Source: a virus
Taxonomy: Duplodnaviria > Caudoviricetes
Virus record (IMG/VR): IMGVR_UViG_3300031994_000025
Span: 32,001-96,000 of that record
Strand: one strand, 5' to 3'
DNA: 64,000 nt
The notes under the pieces are model-generated. The model did not search any database. It saw only the letters and a program-made list of their open reading frames with translations, and was not told the DNA's origin. Of this stretch, positions 47,172 through 56,795 are shown in pieces; positions within the stretch are counted from its first letter, which is position 1, and each line of letters begins with the position of its first letter. The position numbers were made by a program, and so were the translations under genes.

Positions 47172-48017
47172 ATGGACTACGAAGACATAAAACATGCAGC
47201 CTCCGTGCTGAGCGAAGTCAGCCGATGGCGCGACTACGTTACCAAGGAGAGGTTCTGTCTGATAGCCAAGGCCCGATTCGGGATTGAAGACGGTGAACTC
47301 TGCGACGTGATGTACGGACTGATGCAGATGCCGCTGCCCAGACTGATAGCCTGCATGTCCATCGAACACAACGGATCCGACGGCGGCTACCGTATGCCGC
47401 GAGGCTGGAAGCACATGGCGAAGGCCGTGGAAATCATGCAGGCCGCCGACACCCTGCGGCCACGCGACTACTACGACGACACCGACGAGGTGCCAGCCAT
47501 CGACAAGGATCACGGCGGCTACCGCTACGACCGGCGCCGGTACTTCTACACCCGTGGCGGCGACCGGCAGATACACTATGCCGACATCAGCATGGCAAGA
47601 CGTGACGACATCGCCCTGCTCGCCGAACTGCTGTCCGGGGACGGTGTGGCGATAAAGGGCGTGGCCCACTACATCGACTCGCTCGACGGACAGCTGGAGG
47701 GCAACGCCAAGCGCGAGCGATTCGACTACTACGACGGCGACTGCTACCTGCTCTGGGGCGACCCTGCCGACCGCACCTTCTACGACTACTTCTCGCGTGG
47801 CGACTATGCAGGCGTGTATATGGCCACCGACAAGGGATGGCGTAAGCTGCTCTACACCCCCGGTCGCGGCTATCTCGACAAGGAGGGCGAGCCGCAGTTT
47901 GTCGACGACGACCACTTCTACTCTAACTACATGCTCGAAGCCAACGGCAAGGGCTTCCGCTACGTCGGAAACTTCATAGCAAGGCCCGAGGTGCTGAGAG
48001 AAACCAAGGAGGACTGA
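47172..48017 (+). CDS. hypothetical protein
   Basis: aagagcgatATG start. Confidence 0.7.
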   Translation: MDYEDIKHAASVLSEVSRWRDYVTKERFCLIAKARFGIEDGELCDVMYGLMQMPLPRLIACMSIEHNGSDGGYRMPRGWKHMAKAVEIMQAADTLRPRDYYDDTDEVPAIDKDHGGYRYDRRRYFYTRGGDRQIHYADISMARRDDIALLAELLSGDGVAIKGVAHYIDSLDGQLEGNAKRERFDYYDGDCYLLWGDPADRTFYDYFSRGDYAGVYMATDKGWRKLLYTPGRGYLDKEGEPQFVDDDHFYSNYMLEANGKGFRYVGNFIARPEVLRETKED

Positions 48018-48198
48018 GCCATGGGAGAAATGAAATGGAACTTTAACCTGTTCGGCATCCGTATAGGATGGTACAAACACTTTTCAGCCGTTTGTTACGA
48101 CCGCAGGAACCGACTCCTGCAAATCGGCAAACTGGAACTCTGGGTTTATGGATTGAATTAAACGGCAGAAGATAACAACAAAAAAAACAAAGAGCGAT

Positions 48199-48618
48199 AT
48201 GGAACAGATTACACTGACAAGAGAAGAACTGCTGGAGCTGGCGAGGGTGGTGACATTCCACCTCGACGACCGGCTCGTACCCTACAGCCGCGAAGACCTG
48301 CGGGCAATGTCATGGATAGAGGGCTTCATGTTTGCAAAGCGTCATCAACAGAAGACCGAAGACGAGAAAGAGCCTGCACCAGTGCCAGCCCCCTGCTGCA
48401 TACAGAAAATCCTACGCAACGTGGTAAGCAAAATGCTGAACTACTGGCTCCTGTGTACAGACGACTATGGACCCTTCCATAAGGGCGAGCGCTACTGGCT
48501 GGAACTGTTGGAGAGTGGCCGTGTCTGCGGGCGCAGCGACAACATGAAGGGAAAGAAAACCGACATCACCCTCGTCGAGCTACTGAGTTGCTTCGATGTA
48601 ACGGACGACAAGGTTTAA
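48199..48618 (+). CDS. hypothetical protein
   Basis: aagagcgatATG start. Confidence 0.65.
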   Translation: MEQITLTREELLELARVVTFHLDDRLVPYSREDLRAMSWIEGFMFAKRHQQKTEDEKEPAPVPAPCCIQKILRNVVSKMLNYWLLCTDDYGPFHKGERYWLELLESGRVCGRSDNMKGKKTDITLVELLSCFDVTDDKV

Positions 48619-48640
48619 CCTATAAAAACAAAAGAGCGAT

Positions 48641-49177
48641 ATGAACGAGACAAAACAAATCTGGCATTCGCTGGCCGAGGTGCCGGACTTCAGCAGGAGC
48701 AAGGACGGTATTCTGCGGATAATGCTGACCAACGGCAAGGAGATGCACCCGATGGACAACTGCACCGAGGACAACTTCAAGTACATGCACCTCTACTACT
48801 ACGGCGCAAAGGCGTGGGCCTACTACGGCGACCTGCTGCCCGACAAGGTGGCAGAAGAACCGGAAAGGAGTAGTGCCTACGAGTTCGTTGACGACAGCGA
48901 GAAGATCTACAAATGGTTGTTCTCCGACAATCTGAAGCTGATAGGAATAGCCAATTTAAAATTCGGCGACAAGATTACCGAACAGGACAACTTTATCATC
49001 ACCATCGAACAAAGCGCAGGCGGAATCGACAAGGCCGACATCAGCCTGGAGTACCCACGAGACAATGGTAACAACTACGGTGGCAACATCACCGTCGAAG
49101 GCGACCCGCAGGAGTTCGTGAGCCGTCTCGTGGAAGAACGGCACATCAGAGTAATCCCACCGACAAACTTCAAATAA
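48641..49177 (+). CDS. hypothetical protein
   Basis: aagagcgatATG start; WH...E.P and WAY..DLLP motifs. Confidence 0.65.
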   Translation: MNETKQIWHSLAEVPDFSRSKDGILRIMLTNGKEMHPMDNCTEDNFKYMHLYYYGAKAWAYYGDLLPDKVAEEPERSSAYEFVDDSEKIYKWLFSDNLKLIGIANLKFGDKITEQDNFIITIEQSAGGIDKADISLEYPRDNGNNYGGNITVEGDPQEFVSRLVEERHIRVIPPTNFK

Positions 49178-49189
49178 CCCCGCTGAACT

Positions 49190-50203
49190 ATGGCCCTACC
49201 CTCAAAGACCAACGTACTCACTGCGCTGCCCGAAGTACCCCAGTCCTGGAGCGAGCTGTCATGGCAGCAGCTCTGCGGCTGCTGGCAGGCCAAGATGCGC
49301 TACGGCGGCAATGCCGACGTGGCACGCGCCGCCGCCCTGCTGGCCGTCTGCGGGCTGACCGTCGTGGGCCGCGAGCCTGCCGACGCCCGGACGGGCGAAA
49401 CCGTCTACCGCCTGAAGGACCAGGACGGACAGGCGTGGACGGCGACGGCACGCGAACTCGCACACCTCGCACGGCAGACGATGCCGTGGTACGACTATCC
49501 CTACGGCGACCGTGGTGACGAGGCGGTGAAGGACGAGAAGGGCAAGGTGATCCGCGAGGCCCGCGACCCGGTACACGGCTACGTCAACCCCGACTGGCGC
49601 GACGCCATGCGGCTGCCGGAAGAGAACATCACGGTTTGCAACATCACGTTTTCCCTCCCAGGCCTCGCCTGCAACAACCTTACGTGGGAGCAGTATCGCA
49701 GCATCCAGCCCCTCGTGCCCCTGCTGTGGCGCGAGGAAACGGGCGACGAGGAGCGTGCCCAGTTGCAGGCAGAGTTCGTGGCCCACTGCCTCGTGCCCGA
49801 GCAGCAGGCAGCACCAAACACCGCCCATCCCGACCGCTTCCAGCCCCCTCATGACTTCAAGTACGACGCGGCGCGTGCCGAGCAGTCGGTGGCCTTCTGG
49901 CGAGAGCAACTGCAGCAGCAGCCGTGGCTATATCATATCTGCTTCCAGGTGTATCAGACCGCCGTGCAGTACTACGAGACCGTCTATCCACTCCTCTTCA
50001 GCGGCGGCGGCAAGGACGACCCCCTGCGCGACGCCCTCACCGGCGAGGTGGGCACCATCAACGCCGTGATGAAGTACGCGCGCTACCGCAGCCAGCAGGA
50101 GGTCTATGCCTCCTTCCTCCCCTACATCCTCGACATCCTGAACACCATGACCAAGGAGGCCAAGGAAATCGAGAAAATGAACTCACGAATCAGGAAGAAA
50201 TAA
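49190..50203 (+). CDS. hypothetical phage protein
   Basis: 337-aa ORF with P.SW.ELS..QL N-terminus. Confidence 0.7.
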   Translation: MALPSKTNVLTALPEVPQSWSELSWQQLCGCWQAKMRYGGNADVARAAALLAVCGLTVVGREPADARTGETVYRLKDQDGQAWTATARELAHLARQTMPWYDYPYGDRGDEAVKDEKGKVIREARDPVHGYVNPDWRDAMRLPEENITVCNITFSLPGLACNNLTWEQYRSIQPLVPLLWREETGDEERAQLQAEFVAHCLVPEQQAAPNTAHPDRFQPPHDFKYDAARAEQSVAFWREQLQQQPWLYHICFQVYQTAVQYYETVYPLLFSGGGKDDPLRDALTGEVGTINAVMKYARYRSQQEVYASFLPYILDILNTMTKEAKEIEKMNSRIRKK

Positions 50204-50241
50204 CAAGGAAGTTACATTATGAATCCCAAACGCAATACAAT

Positions 50242-51219
50242 ATGAAAATCCTATCAAGACCTAAGAAGAATGCCGAGGAGTACGGCAGATGGGCAGTGAA
50301 CCCGTATGTCGGGTGTAGCAACCAGTGTGAGTACTGCTATTTGCGGAAAGGCCCGTCTGGCAAATACCTCGGGCAAGACCACCCCGTGCTGAAGAAGGGT
50401 GTGGTGAATAAGGAACATGCCTATCACCTGGCGATGACCGAAATCATCGAGCACAAGGACGAGATCATCCGCGACGGCGGGTTGTTCTTCACCTTCACCA
50501 GCGACCCGTGTCTGCCGAATACGCGCAACCTGTCGCTGACCATCGCCCACGATGCAACCTACCAGATGCGCATCCCCGTGATGTTACTTACCAAGGATAC
50601 TACTTTTCTCAACCTCGATTCATTTACCGAGCAATTACTTGGATATGATAAAACAGAACAATGGAGCCGCAGTATTCCCTTCTATCATACAGGCCACGGA
50701 CGGCTCAGCTTCATCGATAACCCGCACTTTACCAGCGACCCCGACCCCATAGCATTCGGATTCACGTTGACGGGACACGACGAACTGGAATCCGGCGCCT
50801 CGCCCAACGCCAAGCGCATTGAGGCTATGAGCCGACTGTCTGCCGCAGGTTTCAAGACCTGGGCCAGCATCGAGCCGGTCATTGACTTCGACTCCAGCTT
50901 CCGCATGATACAGCAGGCGCTCGACGCGGGCTGCCGGCACTTCAAAATCGGACTGATGACCGAGCGCACAAAGGTATGTCGCAGTGGCTTCACGCTGGGC
51001 GGCAGGACATTCGAACCCTACGACCCCGCCCGCTGCCTGGCCTTCGTTCAGGACGTGATGCAGCAGACCCGCGACCGCGCTACGGTCTATTGGAAGCAGT
51101 CGTTCCGCGACTTTATAGGCGGCACCGACAAGCACCGCCTGTTCAGCGACGACGAGCTGCACAAGATCTTCGACGACTATCCCAATGCCGTCGGCAAGGA
51201 CTGGACGATGTTCAAGTGA
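50242..51219 (+). CDS. radical SAM protein (SplB-like)
   Basis: NPYVGCSNQCEYCY, SDP, LTK, E.GA.....RI, W.SIEPV. Confidence 0.85.
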   Translation: MKILSRPKKNAEEYGRWAVNPYVGCSNQCEYCYLRKGPSGKYLGQDHPVLKKGVVNKEHAYHLAMTEIIEHKDEIIRDGGLFFTFTSDPCLPNTRNLSLTIAHDATYQMRIPVMLLTKDTTFLNLDSFTEQLLGYDKTEQWSRSIPFYHTGHGRLSFIDNPHFTSDPDPIAFGFTLTGHDELESGASPNAKRIEAMSRLSAAGFKTWASIEPVIDFDSSFRMIQQALDAGCRHFKIGLMTERTKVCRSGFTLGGRTFEPYDPARCLAFVQDVMQQTRDRATVYWKQSFRDFIGGTDKHRLFSDDELHKIFDDYPNAVGKDWTMFK

Positions 51220-51256
51220 TTTTTAACGACCACGAATTTTACGAATTTAAAGCGAT

Positions 51257-51508
51257 ATGAAAAAACGAGAAGACATCGAACGACTGTTCAAGAACGATCC
51301 GTGGTATGCCTACAAGGAAGGGTATAACGACGGATGGGGCGAGACAGAGCAACGCATCTGGTACAACCTGCGCAATCACGCCGCCATCGCAGCCATGCAA
51401 GGACTGCTCTGTGCGCCCAGCTTCAGAGCCGACAGAGGTAGCATCGACATGCTGACATCCGACGCTGTTGAAATAGCCAACAGGCTTATTGAGAAACTAA
51501 AACAATAA
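51257..51508 (+). CDS. hypothetical phage protein
   Basis: AAIAAMQGLL...AV..A..LI..LK motif. Confidence 0.65.
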   Translation: MKKREDIERLFKNDPWYAYKEGYNDGWGETEQRIWYNLRNHAAIAAMQGLLCAPSFRADRGSIDMLTSDAVEIANRLIEKLKQ

Positions 51509-51514
51509 ACGACT

Positions 51515-51697
51515 ATGGTACATTTCGGAAAAACGCAGCCCGACGAACTGCAGATTATCGTCACTGGCCAGGACATCGAGTCGCTGCGCCGCATGATTGT
51601 TTCATCTTCGCTCATGGAACGTCGCAAGTTCTATAGACTGAAAGAGTATATCGAAACGGAGTTCAAGGGCATTATCATCAAACAGGCAAGCGTATGA
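51515..51697 (+). CDS. hypothetical protein
   Basis: aacgactATG start. Confidence 0.5.
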   Translation: MVHFGKTQPDELQIIVTGQDIESLRRMIVSSSLMERRKFYRLKEYIETEFKGIIIKQASV

Positions 51698-52092
51698 AGA
51701 TTATAGACCGCGAGACATTCAAGCGGATGCCGAAAGGCACTGTGTTCTGCAAGTTCCCAAGGCTGAACAAGCAGACGAACAGCTACGACACCTACATGTT
51801 CGGAATGACCGACCCGATGATTCTCGACGGCCCGTGGGACGTAGACTTCTACTACACACAGCCTGGCTTCATGACTCCCGTCGAGAGCAGCGGCAGTTCA
51901 GAGGGCGACGAAATCATGATGGATATGGAACAACATCTGGGCAAGGAAGTTCCATTCGAGGCTTTCAGTTGTCGCGACGGCATGTACGAGGATAACGACG
52001 AGGTTGGCTTTGCCATCTATTCGCGTCATGAGGTGCAGCAGATGATTGATCTGCTGCAGCAAGCCCTCAAAGACGGCTATCCGGAGGAGTGA
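51694..52092 (+). CDS. hypothetical phage protein
   Basis: MKII.R.TF..MP.GTVF.K...RDG motif. Confidence 0.7.
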   Translation: MKIIDRETFKRMPKGTVFCKFPRLNKQTNSYDTYMFGMTDPMILDGPWDVDFYYTQPGFMTPVESSGSSEGDEIMMDMEQHLGKEVPFEAFSCRDGMYEDNDEVGFAIYSRHEVQQMIDLLQQALKDGYPEE

Positions 52093-52129
52093 AACAATAA
52101 TTACTGATAATTCTTTCAAGACAAAAGTT

Positions 52130-52396
52130 ATGGACAGACTGCCAGAGTGGATGTTCTTCAACGGCACCACTTACTATTTGCACTATCTACCGTGTACTCA
52201 GACGTTAAACGACTGGCACGGCTATTTCTATTCAGCATCGAAAGAAGGTAGTGATATTATACCGCCTTATGTAACAGACGGAAAGTCCTCTTATTATCTC
52301 ATATCATGTGACCCTGTGAAGGAACAGGCTTACGATGATTTGTTAGACAGAGTAAACAGAATGAAACCATGGCTTATCAAACAGACAGAACAATGA
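52130..52396 (+). CDS. hypothetical protein
   Basis: ORF, likely ATG 52130. Confidence 0.5.
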   Translation: MDRLPEWMFFNGTTYYLHYLPCTQTLNDWHGYFYSASKEGSDIIPPYVTDGKSSYYLISCDPVKEQAYDDLLDRVNRMKPWLIKQTEQ

Positions 52397-52701
52397 CAGA
52401 CAAAAAGAGTGACCTCGGCAGTCTGCTAATACAGTTCGCCAAGGCAAATGGTCTGGAGTGGACAAAGAACGATACTGGCGTGGCCTGCCTGATGAACGGC
52501 GGTCAAACGCTAACGATATTCAACAAACCGACAATAATGGCCAGCCGCCCGCAACGAGGTATCATCTACGGAACTATATACTACCCGGATAGGAAATCCT
52601 ACCCGATACGCTTCGTGGACGATATTACAATCGCCTACCTACGCAAGAAAATAACAGAATCTTTACTCGGTCAAACTGCTGGGCAGATGGACGGAGGATG
52701 A
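52393..52701 (+). CDS. hypothetical protein
   Basis: ATGA overlap with previous ORF. Confidence 0.5.
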   Translation: MTDKKSDLGSLLIQFAKANGLEWTKNDTGVACLMNGGQTLTIFNKPTIMASRPQRGIIYGTIYYPDRKSYPIRFVDDITIAYLRKKITESLLGQTAGQMDGG

Positions 52702-52791
52702 CGAGGGCGTCACCTTCAGAGGAAAACCGATAGAGTGAATTTCAAGGGCGAAAGCCCGACCAGTTAATAACCCAATAAAACATTAACAACA

Positions 52792-53253
52792 ATGAGATTA
52801 AGAACAGCAACATGGTTTGAGTGCAAGATCCGTTACGAGAAGACAACGGAAGAAGGTTTGCAGAAGAAAGTGACAGAACAGTATGTCGTGGATGCCCTCA
52901 GTTTCAGCGAGGCCGAGAAGCGTATCATCGAGGAAATGTCCGCCTACATCAGCGGCGAGTTTGAGGTGACCGACGTAAAGAAGGCACAGTACAAGGAGGT
53001 GTTCTTCAGCGACGCGGCGAATGACGACCGCTACTACAAGGCCAAGCTCGCGTTCATCACCATCGATGAGCGCACGGAAAAGGAGAAGCGCAGCAACGTC
53101 ACCTACCTCGTGCAGGCCTCCACACTCGACGGTGCAGTCAAGAACATCAACGAGGTGATGGACGGCACGATGATAGACTACGAGAAGAGCAACATCGCCG
53201 AGACGAAGATTATCGACGTCTTCGAGTACAAGAAAGAGGACAGCGAAGAATAG
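52792..53253 (+). CDS. DUF4494 family protein
   Basis: WFECKIRYEKT.E.G.QKKVTE.Y.VDALSF.EAE.RIIEEM. Confidence 0.9.
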   Translation: MRLRTATWFECKIRYEKTTEEGLQKKVTEQYVVDALSFSEAEKRIIEEMSAYISGEFEVTDVKKAQYKEVFFSDAANDDRYYKAKLAFITIDERTEKEKRSNVTYLVQASTLDGAVKNINEVMDGTMIDYEKSNIAETKIIDVFEYKKEDSEE

Positions 53254-53333
53254 AGAATGAGACACCGCCACTGACCCTCCCCTTGTATGGGAGGGCAGGA
53301 GTGGGGTCAGTAACTTGTAAAAATAAAAGCGTT

Positions 53334-53662
53334 ATGAATGAACAAGTAGACATTCTGAACCTGCTGAAGGACAAGTCGGGACTGCTGAAGTACATCCTCG
53401 ACATGATAGAATCGAGCGACAAGTTCGCGCGAAACCTGCCCGAACTGCGCCAACGCGGCTGGTCGGAGCAGGGAATGCTCGACAAGGTGCTGGAAATCTC
53501 AGCCATCCAGTCGCAGCAGATCAAACACTCGCACTGGTAGCCCTGCTGCTGGTGCAGTCGGACGACTTCAACTCAATGGTGGCAACACTGATGATCAAGA
53601 TGGGGCGCGGCGACGAAGCCCTCCGCGCCATGTTCGATGCCTTACTAAAAGGAAAGGGGTAA
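53334..53662 (+). pseudogene. hypothetical protein with apparent frameshift near 53525
   Basis: one extra A in ATCAAACA would read through as ...TLALVALLLVQSDD...KGKG*. Confidence 0.5.
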
Positions 53663-53665
53663 GTA

Positions 53666-54181
53666 ATGAAACGACAGAAAGTTTATATCTCTGGCCCGAT
53701 GACTTCGAGCGACAGCGAGGAGCAGGTGCGGAACGTGCAGGCGTTTCACGACTGCGCCACGCTGCTGCGGGCCTCGGGCTGCCGACCCGTGAACCCGGCC
53801 AATGCCTGGCCCTGCAAGCACCCGCGCATCTACCGCCTGCTGGAGCGCGTACTGGGCAAAGAGCGTGCCTACCGCACGGTGCTCGTCTACGACCTCTGGC
53901 TGCTGTCCCGCTCGGACACCATCTGCATGATAGACAAATGGCAGGAGTCGAGGGGCGCGAAGATAGAGGAGAACTTTGCCTTCCGCCTGGGCATCGTCCG
54001 CTCGCACACCTACGACCAGAAGCAGCAAAAGCTCATGCCCTTTCTTCCTGGCAAGAAGAAGCGTAAATTAGACGAGCAGCAGCCCGTCAGCGAAGTCGCC
54101 GCTGCCTTCACCGCCCTCGGCAAGGCCATGAGCCGCATGGACGGCAGTAATAAAAAGAATGAACTCAAACGAAACAAATAG
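53666..54181 (+). CDS. DUF4406 family (nucleoside deoxyribosyltransferase-like)
   Basis: KVYISGPMT...F...NPA...D...L...D.I....W..S.GA.IE. Confidence 0.85.
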   Translation: MKRQKVYISGPMTSSDSEEQVRNVQAFHDCATLLRASGCRPVNPANAWPCKHPRIYRLLERVLGKERAYRTVLVYDLWLLSRSDTICMIDKWQESRGAKIEENFAFRLGIVRSHTYDQKQQKLMPFLPGKKKRKLDEQQPVSEVAAAFTALGKAMSRMDGSNKKNELKRNK

Positions 54182-54187
54182 CATTTT

Positions 54188-54610
54188 ATGGATCTTACAG
54201 GTACAATCATTCAAGTGATGCCCGCACAGTCTGGCGTCTCGCAGCGCAGCGGCAATCCGTGGATGTCACAGGAGTATGTAATGGAAATCCCCGGCCAGTG
54301 GCCGCGCCACATCGTCTTCCGTATCTTCGGCGAAGACCGCATCAAGCAGTTCAACATTCAGCAGGGCGAACAGAACGTCACCATACAGTTCGACATTGAC
54401 GCCCACGAGTACAACGGCCGTTGGTTTAATGAAGTCCGCTGCTACAACGTGCTCCGCTCCGTCGGGCAGCAGCCGTATCAGCAGCAGCCACCCAGCGGCT
54501 ATGCACCGAATGCCGCACCGTCCCAGACGGGCGCTGCCCCCTTTCCTCCGCAGGTAAACTCAAACGGTCAGCCAGCAGGACAGCCAGGCACCGACGACCT
54601 TCCGTTCTGA
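54188..54610 (+). CDS. DUF3127 family SSB-like protein
   Basis: G.II.......G.S...G..W..QEYV.E..GQ.P....F..FGED.I, FDIDA.E.NGRWFN, C-terminal DDLPF. Confidence 0.9.
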   Translation: MDLTGTIIQVMPAQSGVSQRSGNPWMSQEYVMEIPGQWPRHIVFRIFGEDRIKQFNIQQGEQNVTIQFDIDAHEYNGRWFNEVRCYNVLRSVGQQPYQQQPPSGYAPNAAPSQTGAAPFPPQVNSNGQPAGQPGTDDLPF

Positions 54611-54631
54611 CAACCAAACATTAAGAGCGAT

Positions 54632-54991
54632 ATGGCAAAGAAAACATCAACACCCGAAGAGCCAAAGCTCTTTGAAAAGTTCTGGAACGAATATGCAATG
54701 AAACTTGATCGCATTGCTGCCGTCAGAGCATGGAACAACCTCGACAAAGACTTGCGCCGAGCAGCTATAGACGGCATCCAGCACTACCGCGAGATTTGTG
54801 AGACTCTGGGCATCAGGAGAATGTGGCCACAAGGCTATCTGAACCACCGCAGGTGGGAGGATGAGGGAGAGGCTCTGGTTTCAAGTTTCAAGTTTCAAGT
54901 TTCAAGTAACGGTGCGCAGCCAACACCTGAAACCTGCAACCTGAAACCTGAAACTCGCGACAGCGACCTCCCCGACATGGCGATATGGTAA
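54632..54991 (+). CDS. replication-organiser-like helical protein with heptamer-repeat insertion
   Basis: FEKFW..Y..K.D...A...W..L and P..YLN..RWEDE. Confidence 0.65.
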   Translation: MAKKTSTPEEPKLFEKFWNEYAMKLDRIAAVRAWNNLDKDLRRAAIDGIQHYREICETLGIRRMWPQGYLNHRRWEDEGEALVSSFKFQVSSNGAQPTPETCNLKPETRDSDLPDMAIW

Positions 54992-55011
54992 CACTCAACG
55001 AAAGTACAATT

Positions 55012-55503
55012 ATGGACACCCGACAGCAACATAATCCCTCTGCATCCACCGACGACTGGTACACGCCACGGTGGCTTATCGGCACACTCGGTCCCTTCGA
55101 CCTCGATCCCTGCGCCGCACCGGAGGACGTGCGCCCGTTCCCCACCGCCACGACCATGCTGACCCGACAGGACGACGGCCTCGCCCACGAGTGGCACGGC
55201 ACGGTATGGATGAACCCGCCCTACAGCCGCGCCCTGCTCCGCCAGTTCTGCGAGCGCATGGCACGCCACGGCGACGGCATCGCCCTGCTCGTCAACCGGC
55301 AGGACAACCTGCTCTGGCAGGAGGTCATCTTCCCCACCGCCGCGTCGATGATCTTCATGCGCCACCGCGTCCGCTTCATCCGACCCGACGGCACCACCGG
55401 CTCGCCCTTCTTCGGCTCCTGCCTCGTGGCCTGGGGCGCGACGTGCGACCGCCGCCTGCGCCAGTCGGGCATCGATGGCAAGTATGTGGTGCTGAATGTT
55501 TAA
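55012..55503 (+). CDS. phage DNA N6-adenine methyltransferase
   Basis: D.W.TP, FDLDPCA, DGL...W.G.VW.NPPYS, R..F. Confidence 0.9.
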   Translation: MDTRQQHNPSASTDDWYTPRWLIGTLGPFDLDPCAAPEDVRPFPTATTMLTRQDDGLAHEWHGTVWMNPPYSRALLRQFCERMARHGDGIALLVNRQDNLLWQEVIFPTAASMIFMRHRVRFIRPDGTTGSPFFGSCLVAWGATCDRRLRQSGIDGKYVVLNV

Positions 55504-55522
55504 CAGAAAAAAAGAAAGCATT

Positions 55523-56143
55523 ATGAGCAAGACTGATTCACTACACTACAACCTCTGCGTGGAGGGAGCCAAGTGGATGCGCCGCCGTCAGGATGTCAGC
55601 CGCTGCCGAAAGGCGATGCGCCCATGCCATAAGCCCGGACTGTGCAGCGGCTGCCGGCTGACATTCAAGTATGTTGCCGTGGAGCTATGCACCTACGGTA
55701 CGGAGAACTGCGACGTGTGGGGCTACGACGGCTACGTGACAGGTGTCATCGAAGTAAAGACGAGCCACGCCGACTTTCTGGCCGACCAGAAGAAGTGGTG
55801 GCGCACGCAGGCTGATCCCGAAATGAGGGCGGGCAACCTGCGCTGGTATCTCTGCCCCACGGGCATCATCAGCCCCGACGAACTGCCCGAAGGCTGGGGG
55901 TTGCTCTACTGGGACGGCAAGCGCATCATCCCGCAGGTGGCTCCCGTGACCCATCTCGCCACGGGCCATGCCGACATGCAGATACTCTACTCAATACTGA
56001 GGCGCGAGGGATTCCCGCAGAAGATATTCAACTATCGCGGCCAGCCCTCCACCATCAAGCCCCGGACCATCAACGGCATACCCGAACGGGAATACCGCAA
56101 GATGCAAAGCAAGAAAGAACAAGACGAACAAACAAAAATTTAG
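55523..56143 (+). CDS. PD-(D/E)XK-like nuclease (MmcB-like)
   Basis: E..D......IEVKTS.ADF.AD.KK...GN.R.Y.CP...I...ELP.GWGLL. Confidence 0.75.
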   Translation: MSKTDSLHYNLCVEGAKWMRRRQDVSRCRKAMRPCHKPGLCSGCRLTFKYVAVELCTYGTENCDVWGYDGYVTGVIEVKTSHADFLADQKKWWRTQADPEMRAGNLRWYLCPTGIISPDELPEGWGLLYWDGKRIIPQVAPVTHLATGHADMQILYSILRREGFPQKIFNYRGQPSTIKPRTINGIPEREYRKMQSKKEQDEQTKI

Positions 56144-56204
56144 AAACAATGACACAGAGAATCATCAATTACATGAGAAAACTTAAAATCTGGAGGGCTG
56201 ACCT

Positions 56205-56582
56205 ATGCTAATCGCCTTGTTTATCCTCATCGTGGTCACAATGGTTGCTGTAATAGCAAGCATCGTTGACAGCAAGCGTCCATCGGCAACTTCTCCAAAA
56301 CAAGAAGAGGTCGCAGAGGATAAGTCGTGTGACTTCTCAGGAACACTGTCAGACCGCAACGTGGCAGCGCTGAACTATATAAGGATGCGCGAAAGCCTTC
56401 GCAAGAACACCAATGACTTCAAGGACTTACCAGACGGTGCAATGAAACAATTCGACTACGTGGCAAGTCACTTGGCTACAATCGGGAACAAAGCCAAGCC
56501 AGAAGAGGTAATCCGAGGTAACGAGGACGGCCTGCCCGCCGGCTGGGGATTTGATAAGTCATCGAAGAAACAAGAAAATTAA
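56205..56582 (+). CDS. membrane-anchored hypothetical protein
   Basis: N-terminal TM. Confidence 0.5.
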   Translation: MLIALFILIVVTMVAVIASIVDSKRPSATSPKQEEVAEDKSCDFSGTLSDRNVAALNYIRMRESLRKNTNDFKDLPDGAMKQFDYVASHLATIGNKAKPEEVIRGNEDGLPAGWGFDKSSKKQEN

Positions 56583-56603
56583 ACAACGAAACCAAACGAA
56601 ACA

Positions 56604-56795
56604 ATGACACAGAAAATCATCTATTACTTAGTCCTGGCGCTGGTGCTCATAGCCGTGCCGATGGCCCTTGCCTGGCTGCTGCCAGTCCGTCTGACGGTGG
56701 GCATCCTCGCCGTTACCCAACTGCTCACGCTCATCATCGTGGGCGCAGTAATCCAAGACCTCAAACCCCGCAATCATGGCAAAGAAGAAAACTAA
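56604..56795 (+). CDS. small two-TM protein
   Basis: hydrophobic ORF. Confidence 0.55.
   Translation: MTQKIIYYLVLALVLIAVPMALAWLLPVRLTVGILAVTQLLTLIIVGAVIQDLKPRNHGKEEN

Noticed and set aside
5186-48080. Long antisense ORFs (e.g. 5186-6274, 13716-15023, 38244-40022, 46944-48080)
   Set aside because: They shadow well-supported plus-strand genes, as expected from GC-rich codon bias.
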